The position numbers were made by a program, and so were the translations under genes. Shown here piece by piece: positions 1 through 34,112 of a stretch of 64,000 bases of DNA. Positions within the stretch are counted from its first letter, which is position 1. Each line of letters opens with the position of its first letter. Source of the DNA: the human T2T-CHM13v2.0 reference genome, Homo sapiens; the NCBI RefSeq assembly GCF_009914755.1, contig NC_060929.1; one strand, given 5' to 3'. The notes under the pieces are model-generated. The model was not told the DNA's origin. It did not search any database and saw only the letters and a program-made list of their open reading frames with translations.

Positions 1-872
1 CTAGCTCTGTGACCTCAGGCAAATTGTTTACCTCTTTGAACTCAGTTTTCCCAGCTGCAAAATGGGGATTGTAATCTGGGCAATGCTTGCCTACCAGGAT
101 TGTTCTTATGACCAAACAAAGTCTGTTCCATGGAAGCTTAGATTCCACAGATTTTAAGATAAATTCAGATTTAAAAATACATTTTGGGATTGATGAGGTA
201 AGGTAATGAATGTTTTGTAAAATGCGGCCTCTGTAGTAATTATTTTCTCCAATCACTGTGTGATAATAATTAATGTGATAAAAGAATTACTGATTATGAT
301 GGAATCGTGGCTGCTTGTTTAAATCCTTTTACTTTAAAAAAATACCATTTACTGGGACTTTTTGAAATGTACAATCATATAAACAAAAAGAAAGGGGAAA
401 TAGCTCACTGAGTCATGGTATTTTCTAACGACTCGTGGGATGGGAACCCAGTCCTGGAATGTGGCCCCATTGGAAGCAGCAGGATAATACAATGGTTAGA
501 ACAGGCATGTTGGAGTAGAGGATCTTGGGCTCAAATATATACTGTAAGACCTACTGATGACCCTGGGTGTAAGTCACTTTTCTTTTCAAAGCCCCTTCTG
601 TGCAGTCACTTGAGCTTCAGCCACCCTGTTCTCTCCTTTCCTGCAGCTCCCTGCTGAGTAAATAAATCTCAGAGAATGTTGGTTTCAAGGGTTGTGGCAG
701 CACCCTCTCTCGGGGTAGAGCCTATGGTAGAAGGAGTGGAGTGAAAGTGAAAGCCAAAACAGTTTCTAGGAATAGGGAACTCAGGCAGGTATTTGAGTAA
801 CAATGTGTGTGAGCGTTGTGTGCGTATACGCATGTGTGCATGTGCACAGGAGCTAATGAAATTAAAAATGAA

Positions 873-3320
<2,448 letters not shown>

Positions 3321-3889
3321 CACTCTACTCCTTACTTACATAGCTGGGCCCTGGTCCTAGTGCTGGCTTGAACTGGCTGTGACATTAGGTAAGTTATGGC
3401 ACCTGTTTGGGTTTCTGCTGTAACCTGGGCTAGCCATACTCTGAAATAACTTCCTAAGTGGCTTTCTGCATTGCTTTGCAAGAAACCACAAGTCTCCAAC
3501 ACATCTTGGCTACCTAGCTAATCTGAGTCCATGTAAATTATACCAGAAGTGACTGGTGTTATTCACTCTCTGTCACCATCACTTCACTGCTATTCTTTGT
3601 AACACAGGACATTTAGGGACAGGTAAGGCCTGGTGATATCAGTACTGGTAGGATGCCAATTCCCAATACTTTGATCAAAAAGTCTGACTTCCACGTGCCT
3701 CCACTCATCTGTTCCAGGAGGCCTAATTGAACCCTGAGGAGCTCTACTGAGATTTCAGCATCTGGGTGTCCTATTCTGACCCCATTTTTGCTACATGAGA
3801 GAAAATGTGTAGCCCAGGTGAGAATGTTCTCTCTTTCTCTGACACATATACACACACACACACACACCTATGGGTTAGAAATAGCCTTT

Positions 3890-4190
<301 letters not shown>

Positions 4191-4358
4191 AGCAGAAATA
4201 GACACCTTTACAGGTCTCTGCATCTAACTAGTATCTTACTTGGGTTTCTGAGATCAGATCTTTAAAGCCATAGAATATCAGAGATGGAAATGTGGGTGGT
4301 GCCTTATCATCTATTCTTTTGTCTTTCTCTCTTTTCTTTTTTGTTCATTGATTTGTTT

Positions 4359-4664
4359 GAGATGGGGTCTTGTTATTTTGCCCAGGCTGGAGTGCAGTGG
4401 CGATTCACAGGTATGATCCCACTACTGATCAGCATGGGAGCACTGGAGTTTTGACCTGCTCCATTTCCAACCTGGGCCAGTTCACCCCTCCTTAGGCAAC
4501 CTGGTGGCCCCCCACTCCAGGGAGGTCACCACATTGATGCCAAACTTAATACAGACACCTGATTAGCATATTGTGCTATACCCCAGAACTCTTGGACTCA
4601 AGTGATCCTCCTGCCTAAGCCTCCTAGGTAGCTGGGACCAGAGGCATAGGCCATTGTGCCCAGC
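4359..4664 (-). pseudogene. RN7SL439P: Full-length 7SL (SRP RNA) processed pseudogene
   Basis: Carries the S domain that Alus lack (gatcccactactgatcagc...ttttgacctgctcc...cacccctccttaggcaacctggtgg...ggtcaccacattgatgcc); decayed T-rich tail 4314-4358; probable TSD atcatcta at 4306-4313 and 4668-4675. 7SL identity is from the sequence; the numbered symbol is recalled and unverified. Confidence 0.93.
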
Positions 4665-5334
4665 TAGATCATCTAGTACAGTAATAGCAAATAGGCTCCA
4701 CTTCATTTGCCAATTCCAGTCAACAAGTAGAGTGTTGAAAAGGCTTGGAAGCTACCTACGGGCATGGAATGATCAGACTCTGAGATCTCTCAACAATGTC
4801 TGTTGTGGGCATGGCAAGGGGGAATGGCAGTATCTATATTAGAAATTTGCTATCCTTGAGCCAGCCAATCTCCTTCTTACACAGATATGAAAGCTGGTGT
4901 GGGAAGGGGTGATGACTTGCCCAAAGTCATGTGGCAAGGCAAGGCAGAAGTAGATCCAGAAGCAGGGTCTCTCTTGACCTTGAAGCCATGATTGCTCCCA
5001 CTGTATTAGCTCAGAGAAGAAAACTGAGGCTGGGAAGGGCAATGACTGAAGCAAGATTAGGACCTAGGAGTCCTGGGAAGCCTGGCTGGGATAGGGGCTA
5101 AGAAATTCAGTTCGGTGCCCCTAGCCTGAGCCCTGCCAGCCTGGCCTATTGGCCTCTGCTCCACTTCTCAGAGTCCCTTTACTCCTGTCCCAGTTTCCTG
5201 TCTCATTTTCCTCAGGTTCAGAGAGTGCACATCGAAGCAGAGGGGCCTCTGGGGATCCTAGGCCCTACATACCCTCTTTTGGCAGCCTTCAGCAAGCTCC
5301 CAGCTCCCTCTCTTCTGGAAGAGAAGTCCTAGGA

Positions 5335-6776
<1,442 letters not shown>

Positions 6777-7034
6777 TTTTGGGAGGTTCATGCAGGAGTC
6801 TGCTGGGCCAGTGGTTTGCAAACTGCGGGCTACGGAACCCTGAAGATTCTGGAAGTGTCAAGGAAGCTGTCAAACAGTGGATGAGTTGAGGTAGCAAGCA
6901 GGAAAACCATCCAATCAGAGAGCCTCTGAGTCTGCATCCATAATCTCTGCTTCAGCTTGAGAAGGTTCTTTTCTATTTGAGTTCATTTCAGTGATTCATA
7001 TGATTCCATTGTCTTAAAGAAAAAAAAAAGAGGG

Positions 7035-7341
<307 letters not shown>

Positions 7342-8640
7342 TCAGGGATTCCTCTGTTTGTTTGAATGTTGAAAACGTTCATGTGGCCCCACCCACAGCT
7401 TCATATGACATAAAGGAAAGCCGAGGCTGAAAGAAGTGAAGGGGTCCTACGTTACCGTTACCATTTGGTGGCAGGTTTGGGGGTGTAGGGGAGGCCAGGG
7501 AAAGGAGCTGGGAAGCAGCTGGGCACAGGTGAACTTGTACCTCTTCCTGCCAGCCACTGCAGGGAAGCACCTTGTGTGGCTGAGTGCTGGGCCAAGAGTC
7601 AGGAAACTGGAATTCAACATCCTAGTTCTGCTGCTAAGGTTTCTCATTTGCAAAGTTTCTCATCTCAAGTTTCTCATTTGCAAGACAGAGATGATAATGC
7701 ACAAGTGTTGAGAGAACCAATCCAGAGAAGGCTGTAAGGAACATAAGGCTGCGGTTAAAGGGGTTGTAATGTATTTGTCTCCACGGCCTGGCACTCTTTT
7801 CTCCATGCTCCTGGAATGCTTTCTCTCCATACTGACAAACCAGATATTCCCTGTATCCTATGACAGTATCATCCCATTCACCCAGCACAATGACACAGTC
7901 AGATTTATGGTTGAACGTCCAGTCACTCAGTCTACCAGCTTACCTCCTAAATATCTCCTCTTCACTGTTTCCACTGCTATGGCATTATCTTTGGCCTTCA
8001 TTTCTCTAACAGCCCCCAATTTCTCTCTGTGCCTCAGGCTGCCTTCCATGGAGCCAAAACACGTTCTGACCACGTCTTTCTTCTACTGTAAAGTCCTTAG
8101 TGACCCCTCACTGTGTGCAAGGCCAAGTCTAGCCCCTGCAGAATATGGCAACCTAGACTCCGCATGATCTGCCTTCAGCTTCCCCGCCCTCTCCCTTTTT
8201 CCAGCATCCCTACCTCCTCCTGCAGGGAGGCTGCTGGACTCCTTTTGCTGTCTTCCCTCCCTGCCTTTTTCATTACCCAGACAATAGTGCAACACCAGGG
8301 AGCTATGAGAAGAGGAGATTCAGGAGCCTGGGAATATTGCTCTCCCCAGGCTGGTGGGTGGGCAGGAGGAAACTGAACACACACAGGACTCAGGAGTTCT
8401 GTTGATAGGTTAGAGAACAGGTGTGACCCTGCCCTCATTCTGGGCCAGACAGGGGTTATTTTCAGAGACCAGCCGGTAGCACATGGAGAGGTCACCTGCA
8501 CAGTCAGGAAGAGTCTACCATTTCTATACTTACAGGAACCAGATCACCAGGAACAGGATATAGCCAGGCAGTGGAGAATTCATAGAATCCCTCATTCTTA
8601 GAATGTTAGAGGTGAAAGGGACCTCATGCATCTTTCCTAG

Positions 8641-8942
<302 letters not shown>

Positions 8943-9893
8943 TCTTTCCTAGGTTTTAACTCTTCTCTGCTTCAGACAAAAAAGTAAAGTCCAGAGAAGG
9001 GAAGTGACTTGGCCAAGGTCATACAGTGAGTTGAGGTAGAGCCTGAACGAAAGCCAACATCTGATTTTCTTCCCAACTTTCATGTTCTGGGCTCTGGCCT
9101 CTGGACTCTCACCAGGAGTCTGAGTAACTGATCCAGGACTGATTTACCAACAATGGGTTAATGTGTCACTGCTGGGATTTGCAAGTGCCAGCTCTAACAG
9201 GGGTTGTCAATGCCTTAACCCTAAGGTTTTCAGCTGGGGAACAGTGATGGGTTACAAGTGTGCTGAGATATAGAACCCTTGGGCCATAAGTGGCCAGGTG
9301 GAGACTGGGGCAGCCAGAGCCCACGGTCCTGCTGGGATAGTCACCTTCAGGCCTCAAACAGCTTCCACATAAGTTTAGCCCCACGGGTATCCAAGTATTA
9401 CCATGGACTGGGATGGGGAAAGTTGGGAAGCACTGTGTAAACCCTAAAACATGAGTTATTTTAGGGGTGGTATAGGCAAAGGTGGAGAAAGGGAGAGTTT
9501 GAAGATACAGGTTCTAGTTCTCGCTGTACCACTTCCTTCTGACATATATTCTAGGGGGGAAAATAATGAGAAAAAATAAAAGGTACCATTTTGTCTCATT
9601 TAATCTTTCAAACAGTTCTATAAAAGTAGGTGCTGTTATCAACTGCATTATACAGATGAGGAAACTGAGTCAGGGAAATTAAGAGACTTAGCCAAGAGCC
9701 CACAACCAGGAAGTAGTATGCCAGAATTGAAACCCAGGTCTGTCTTTATTTGGATTCTGTGCTCTTAATTACTCTGCCATATGGACTTGTTTCGGGACAA
9801 GTGGGGAGAGAGATGGGGCCCTTCAGCCCCACTCCCCTGGCATGAGGGCTACTGATTCTCCCTCTACTCTGGATTGCCAGGCTTTAGGGAGGC

Positions 9894-9911
9894 CTTCAGC
9901 AGGGGGCACTA
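9894..9911 (+). promoter_or_regulatory. Candidate CTCF site
   Basis: CTTCAGCAGGGGGCACTA resembles the CTCF core CCASYAGRKGGCRS with one mismatch; motif match only. Confidence 0.35.
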
Positions 9912-10627
9912 GGGTCCAGAGGACCCCTAAGCAGTGAGGGCTATCCCCCAACCCTGCCTTCATGGGTATAAGATCATTCTCAGACTGTAGTGAGTATTTT
10001 GAATCCTGCCAGAGGCAACCATGATCTTCCAGGAGTGGAGTGTCCAGCCCTCAGAACGGGAAAGGTGGTGAGATTTCACTGGTTGTTGTGATACCCTAAA
10101 ACTGGTAGAAAGAAAGCTGGAATAAGGCACCTTGTTTACTATACTAATCCTTCCTTAAACCATAACTCCTATTTACAGATCCAGTTACTCTGCCAAGCAC
10201 TTTATTCACATTGCCTCATTGAATTTTTACAGCAGCCCTATCTTGAGTAGCTGCTGTTATTATCATCTGTTCTTTACTGGAGGAGGAATCTAAAGCTCTG
10301 ACTCAGCTAGACTGCTGACTTTTCAGTGGACCTTAGTCAAGGGACTTTTAGGCAAGTCTTCTCTGGGTCCAATATCTAGGACTACAGAAGTAATTCCTTC
10401 CCTGCCTAGAGCATTGGATTATAAAAGTGAAAACAATTTACAAGCTGTTATCCATTTGTTTAAATGGTGTCTATTGAGAACTTAAAGCAAGGAAGAGGCC
10501 CTGGCACTACAGAGAAAAATAAAGCGTAATCCTGCCCATGGAAAAATGCAAGATAAATGTTAGGTAAACAAGGCTTTCCATTTCCAGTAATTATGGACTA
10601 GAAGACTGCTCCCCAACTTCACTGGGA

Positions 10628-13410
<2,783 letters not shown>

Positions 13411-13411
13411 T

Positions 13412-13765
13412 TAGAACTAGAGAGTAGAATGGTGGTTACCAAGGTGTAGGGTAGTTGTGGGGGAAGGGAGAATTGGGGTGGTATTGGTCAAAGGCTACAA
13501 AATTTCAGTTAGATGGGAGGATTCAGTTTAAGGAATCTATTACACAATGTGGTGACTAAAGTTAGCAACAACATATTGTATCCTAGAAAAATGCTAAGAG
13601 AGTGAATGTTGTGTTCTCACAAAAATAATGACTATGTGAGCTAATGTTAATTAGCAAGATTTAATTATTCCACAATGTATATATATTTTAAAACATCATG
13701 CTGTACATGATAAATACATACAACTTTATCTGTAAAATTTTTAAAATGATAATAAATAAAAGAAA
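13412..13765 (+). mobile_element. L1MA-type 3' end
   Basis: 'agagtagaatggtggttacc...ggtcaaaggctacaaaatttcagttaga...gctaagagagt' and terminal aataaa; followed by an Alu at 13769-14050. Confidence 0.85.
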
Positions 13766-13812
13766 TCTTGCCTGTAATCCCAGCACTTTAGGAGGCCAAG
13801 GTGGGCAGATCA

Positions 13813-14004
<192 letters not shown>

Positions 14005-14064
14005 CTAGACAACAGAGTGAAACTGTGTCTCAAAAGAAAGAAGAGAAAATAAATCTTGTGTGAG

Positions 14065-14225
14065 CATAGGCTAATGGCTCTCAAGTTGTAATATAAGTAT
14101 GAATCACTTGGCAGGGGGTGTTAAAATTTTGGATTCCCAGATCCCACTCTGTAGATTTAGCCCCTCTGGTGTAGGGCCAAGGAACCTTCTTTTAACAAGC
14201 AGCCTGCGGATTCCGATGCAATGAG
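14065..14225. mobile_element. MER5-type DNA transposon fossil
   Basis: 'gaatcacttgg...ttaaaa...attcccag...gtagggccaaggaa...ttttaacaagc' pattern. Confidence 0.6.
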
Positions 14226-14574
14226 TCTACAGTAGATTGTCTGCCATGATGGTTGCAACAATTCTTCCCATTCGTGTACCCACACTCCTTTGTAGTGTGA
14301 CTTTGCCACTCTTTCAATCAAGAGATAGAGTCCATTTTTCCTCCTTTTGAATCTCGGCTTATCCTTTGGCTTACTTTGACCAATAGAGATCAGTTGACAT
14401 GATATTATGGGGCATCTGAGCCTTGGTCTTCAAGAGGACTTGCGTTTTCGGTATTCACCCTTTTGGAACTCAGCTGCCATGTAATTAAGTTGAGCCTATC
14501 CTTCTGGGAAAATGGAGAGAGAGGCAGAGCCGACAGCCAACACCAACCACCAGACACAGTATATGAGTGAGGCA

Positions 14575-15867
14575 TGGATCTGTTTGGGTCCAACCAGGAG
14601 AGAGAAAGCACACAGTACTTTGAATATGGAAAGTTGAGTATGAAGAATTATTAATTATAATAGAGGATTAGAGTAACGGGATTGACTAATAAGAAGGAAA
14701 GAGAACACTGAAGACTATAGGAATAGCAGATATGAGGAACAGCCACTATCTTTAGGGTTGACATAGAACACCCAAGGAAGAGCTCGTTCAGGGCTGAGAT
14801 CTAGATCTTTTTGGAAAGGGCCCACTAAATGGCAGAGAAGTCACTGTGGTGCCCTGCCAGGTCAGTGGATCTGGTAGAAATCATCCTATGAAACTTACTG
14901 GAAATGGGCCCTCTCAGGTGCCAGGGAAAGTTGTTCATAGGGAAATGTCTCTTTATCGACATTTGCTACATAAGCACTTGAGAGGGATTCTTGGGGAAGC
15001 TGCTAGCTACCAGATGCTGCTGGCCATGGTGCCCTGCAGGAGCCTGAAGCTCAAGAAGCCATTTGTGCTGCAAGAGTTGGGCATGGGGGAAGCACAACAC
15101 TGCAGGAGCCTGGCGAGCCAGCACACAGTAACCAGGAAACAAAACTCTTTTCTTCCTTTCAGCCGAAACTGCCACCTTCCAATAATTCACCAAAATGACT
15201 AACACAAAGGGAAAGAGAAGCACCTAATACATGTTCTCTAGGTCTTTTAGGAAACCTGGAGTTGTTCCTTTGGCCACATACATGCAAAGCTGTAAGATGA
15301 TATTGTAGACATTGAGAGAATGGATACTGTTCAAAAAGGAATACCCCACAAATGTTACCATGGCAAAACTGAAGAGTCTACAGTGTTACCTAGCATGCTA
15401 TTGGCCTTGTTGTAAACAAACAAGAGCAAGATTCTTGCCAAGAGAATTAATCTGCCTATTGAGCACATTAAGCATTCTAAGAGCTGACATAGCTTCCTGA
15501 AAAGTGTGAAGGAAAATGATCAGAAAAAGAAGAAAGCCAAAGAGAAAGGTACCTGGGTTCAGATGAAGCACCAGCCACTCCACCCAAACACACTTTGTGA
15601 GAACCAATGAATAGGAGCCTGAGCTGCTGGAATCTATCCCTATGAATTCGTGGCATAATAGGTATTAAAAAAATACCTCTAGACTGTAAAAAGCAAATAG
15701 ACAAACAAAGAAAAAACTTCAATGTATTCCCAGCACACTATACTGACAAAGCTGGGCATCCTGCCAGCTGTCAAAGGAAAAAGGCATTTCAGGGGCCCAG
15801 ATCCATTTTAATAGAGCAGGCAAAAAAGTAAATTTGCAACTAAGGCAGTAAATCAATAACCAGGACA
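14575..15867. mobile_element. ERVL-type LTR inserted into MLT1 and itself hosting the RPL21 retrocopy
   Basis: TG...CA termini (tggatctgtttgggtccaaccaggagagagaaa ... caataaccaggaca) with imperfect flanking duplication aggca/ggcca; subfamily not assigned. Confidence 0.6.
15145..15716 (+). pseudogene. RPL21P57: RPL21 (eL21) processed pseudogene, full length with 5'UTR/TOP tract, disabled
   Basis: ATG at 15195 reads [29 protein letters not shown]; later segments read [36 protein letters not shown] and EPELLE; stop at 15656-15658; intronless with premature stops and frameshifts; 3'UTR remnant and decayed A-rich tail. RPL21 identity is from the sequence; the numbered symbol is recalled and unverified. 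Confidence 0.96.
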
Positions 15868-16041
15868 GGCCATCTTGGACCTCTAGTCCAAGTCAATCTG
15901 CATGACTACAACTGCATGAGTGACTTTAGTAAGATACTGGCAGAAAGAACCGTGTAGCTGAACCCAGCCGAAATTGCCACAGATCAGAATTATGAGCAAA
16001 TAAAATTGCTCATAAATTTTAAGCCCTAAATTTTGGGGTAG

Positions 16042-20139
<4,098 letters not shown>

Positions 20140-20624
20140 TAGTACCTACCTCAAAAGGTTAATATGTGAGATAATTCATGACGAGCACAAGTATCTTGCA
20201 CTACATAGGAAGTATTACTATTATTATATTGAGATTAATTATTAGCATTGATTTCAAATTATATACAAAATAAAGCTTCAAAAACATGAAGTCAACTTAT
20301 GTCAGTTTTGTGGACATCAAGACAGAGGCTGAAATAGGATGAATTTTAATTGTTTTAATAAGTAACAAAATGTTCCCTAAAAAAAGTTACAGAGTACAGA
20401 TTAGCAAAAGGGACAAAATCAGCACTCAGAAATAACCACTGGTAATCTTTTGGTTTATGTCCTAATGATAATAATTTACATATATTAGAATAGAAAAGGA
20501 CATTTGACAAATATAGTATCACACTGAACAGGCTGTTTTGAAACCAGCTGTTTTTCAGTGAGTAAAGGGGGCGTATACAGGCAAATGTATTGTTTTGGTT
20601 TTGGGTTTTTTTAATTAAAAAAAT

Positions 20625-22995
<2,371 letters not shown>

Positions 22996-22998
22996 TAA

Positions 22999-26424
<3,426 letters not shown>

Positions 26425-27289
26425 CTACATTTATTGCTCTCCCATTATCAATTAACAGTTTGTAATTCTCCCAACAGCCTAATGAGGATTCTCCCTGTTT
26501 TACACTAGAGGAAGCAGAGACACAGAGAGGTTTTATGGCTTGCTCAAGCTCACACAGCAAGTCCGCTGCAGAGCTGGAATTCCACCCAGGCAGCCTGGCC
26601 GGAAGCCCAGGCCTTTCACCCCTATGCTACACTGCCTTGTGTTACACCATACTGCTGATTAAAGAACTTTCTAAACAAAGCCATTCATTGGTGAGATGAG
26701 CAGCTCTGAAAGGCACTGAGGGCCCCTATTCTGAGCACTTCAAGTGGAATCATGGTGGAGGCATCTTTGGAAGACAGTTAGGTTTAAGGCAAAGGACTGG
26801 GCCAAGCATCCCTTTTAATCCAGAAATGAGGGGATTTGATGAAATCTCTTGCAGATTCTAGCCTTTCAGGTCAGGACAGTGACAAGTCCTCCTTGCCCCT
26901 GGGCTTCCAGATTGAAAATGTTTTCCCAGCCTGCCCACCATCCTCTCCTCAGGGGCACTGGGATCAAGTGAGCTGGGAGAACAGGTGGCTGTGCATGGAT
27001 CATCCTGGAAATCTGACAGCATGGTCCCCAGTCCAGGGACTGGGGAAGAGGAACAGCAGAACACTAAATTACAGGGTGTTTGTTGCTTGATTAAATCAGT
27101 GCACTCAGTGCAGCGCGGTGGAGATGCAACACGCCAGGCTCACTCCTGGGCTTGAGGCCCAGATGTTAATCATAGAGCTGCAGTCAGAACGCCAAGGGCT
27201 CTCAGTAACACCTCTTTTAAATGCTTCATTTCACTCATAGGCCTACAGAAGCCCAGAGAGGGGAAGCAGCTTGTCAGAGGCCACGCAGC

Positions 27290-27770
27290 ATTCTTTCAAC
27301 ACATACTGAGTGCCTACTGAGGGATACTAAAGGTGAATAAAATAGCCACGTGCTCCAGGGTCATGGAGCTTGCACGTTAGTGGAGGCAATGGGCAAAAAG
27401 CAGATAAACACACAAAATCAGAGGTTGTGATCTGTGCTATGGAGAACATGGAGTATTTCAACCAGGCTGATCAAGGGTGGTCCCTCTGAGAAGGGGCCAT
27501 TTAAGCTGAGGCTTGAAGGATGCAAAGTATCGGGTGTTTGTGTGTGGGTGGGGGGAGTGGGAATGCAGTGGGAACACCATGCCCTAGGGGCCCGCAGGCT
27601 GGGATGAGTTTCCGTGTGTTTCTGGGGCTGGCACAGAGCAAGGCCAGGTGCAAGAAACGGGGGGAAAATCTGGAGGTAAATGGGTTCTGGAGCATAGAGG
27701 GTATGTGGGCCAAAGTGAGAGGTCTAGAGTTTATTCTTGTAATAGGCAGTTATGGAGGGTTGTTTGTTTG
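27290..27770. mobile_element. L2 LINE fragment
   Basis: 'cattctttcaacacatactgagtgcctact...catggagcttgcacgttagtggagg...tttaagctgaggcttgaagga' resembles the L2 3' end. Confidence 0.65.
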
Positions 27771-28001
27771 TTTGTTTTTAAGAGAGTGGCAGACATACTG
27801 TAACATTTCCTGCTTTTCCTAAATGAGGGACTCCTGGGAGGTTTACAAAAAACACACCAGGCAATGATACCTATGCAAAATGAGCCCAGCCCAGCTTTTC
27901 CTTGTCTTTATCTGGAGTCTCTGTGTATTTTATTCACATTAGGTAATTAGGCCATTCATGTTCCTTCTAATGAACCTAGAGATATGTCTCAAATAGACCT
28001 A

Positions 28002-29885
<1,884 letters not shown>

Positions 29886-30466
29886 GCTATAGTGTATACT
29901 TTGGCTCAAGTGATTTCCGCTTTCTCCAAGTGCCTTGCACAGTGCTGAGTCCTCAGAGATGATGGCACAGACCAATTAATCAACAAACTATGACAGTTTG
30001 TATTGACTCTGGATCTCCTGGGTCACATGACCGCAACCGAGATAAAGGGCAGCTCATTCATTTTCTGTCCTCTACCAAAGGAAAGGCCTGGGGGAAGCCT
30101 TGGCAGGGGAGGATCATAAACATATGCGAAGGTCACCAAATGCTAAAACAATCTGCCCTATCTCCTGCCCTCCTTTTTAATCTCAGCAAATCCTACTTCC
30201 CAGTTTTAAGTCCTAATTGAAGTCCAGGTACCTCCAGGAAGGCTTCCCTGACTACCTCATTCCTCCCACTCTCACCTATGACACTCTCTGCCTCTCCTTT
30301 AGTCTCCTGAACTTGTCTGTACCATATATTAATGACTGGTATGGCATTAGTTTGTGCAGGTATCTAAATGAGAGTAGTGTGCTGGGAGTAACACCAGGGG
30401 AGGGATGGGGCCTGAGGCTCACTAGTATTTGCTGGGCTCATCTAATCACATTTAAATTCAATTTAA

Positions 30467-31188
<722 letters not shown>

Positions 31189-31214
31189 TTTTGGATATGC
31201 AATCTTTAGAAGCC

Positions 31215-31989
<775 letters not shown>

Positions 31990-32679
31990 TGACCTCGTGA
32001 TCTACCCGCCTTGGACTCCCAGAGTGCCTGGATTACAGGCGTGAGCCACCGCACCTGGCCTAAACCCAACTCTTTTGACATCAAACCCTTTCCCCTTTTT
32101 TCTGTGCCATGTGTGAAGGACAGGCAAATGGTCTGAGAAGAGAACAATGTGCTAGTGTAGGGAGTTTTGTTCCCAGCGGGAGGGACCATGTCTTGTCCCT
32201 TATTGTTTCCACACTAGTCTCTAGGGCTGGGCCCTTCTGTCTTGGAGCTTGGCTCCTGTGTTTGACTGAGCGACGGTTCTTTTGGCCAGTCTCACCGTGT
32301 GACTAGTTATGGTCATGTTGCCAAGAAATTTCCTTTTGCCCCAATTTTGCCTTCTGATTTCCACTCGTCTCCATGAATTTGGATGTTTCTTGACCATGGA
32401 ATGCTTAAACATGGTTACCTGAGTTTGTCCAACTGTGTGGTTTTTGCATTTTCTATGAATACTATCTGTGTCTCTTGTGATGTGGTGTCACGATCTAGAA
32501 TGGGAGGAGTGAGACCTGGGTTCTGATCTTGATTCTGCTGCCCTGGCACCCTGGAGCAAGTCACTTAACTTCTATAGGCCTCAGTTCTTCAGCTGCCAAC
32601 CAAAGACAATCATGTCTATCCTCTCTCCATGAAAGCCCTTTGGAAAATGCAGGGTGATCCAAATAGAAAGTGGGTCACT

Positions 32680-34112
<1,433 letters not shown>

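Noticed and set aside
15312-15500. ORF overlapping the RPL21 copy as a functional retrogene product
   Set aside because: Mostly out of frame with RPL21; the true frame has a stop at codon 11 and several frameshifts
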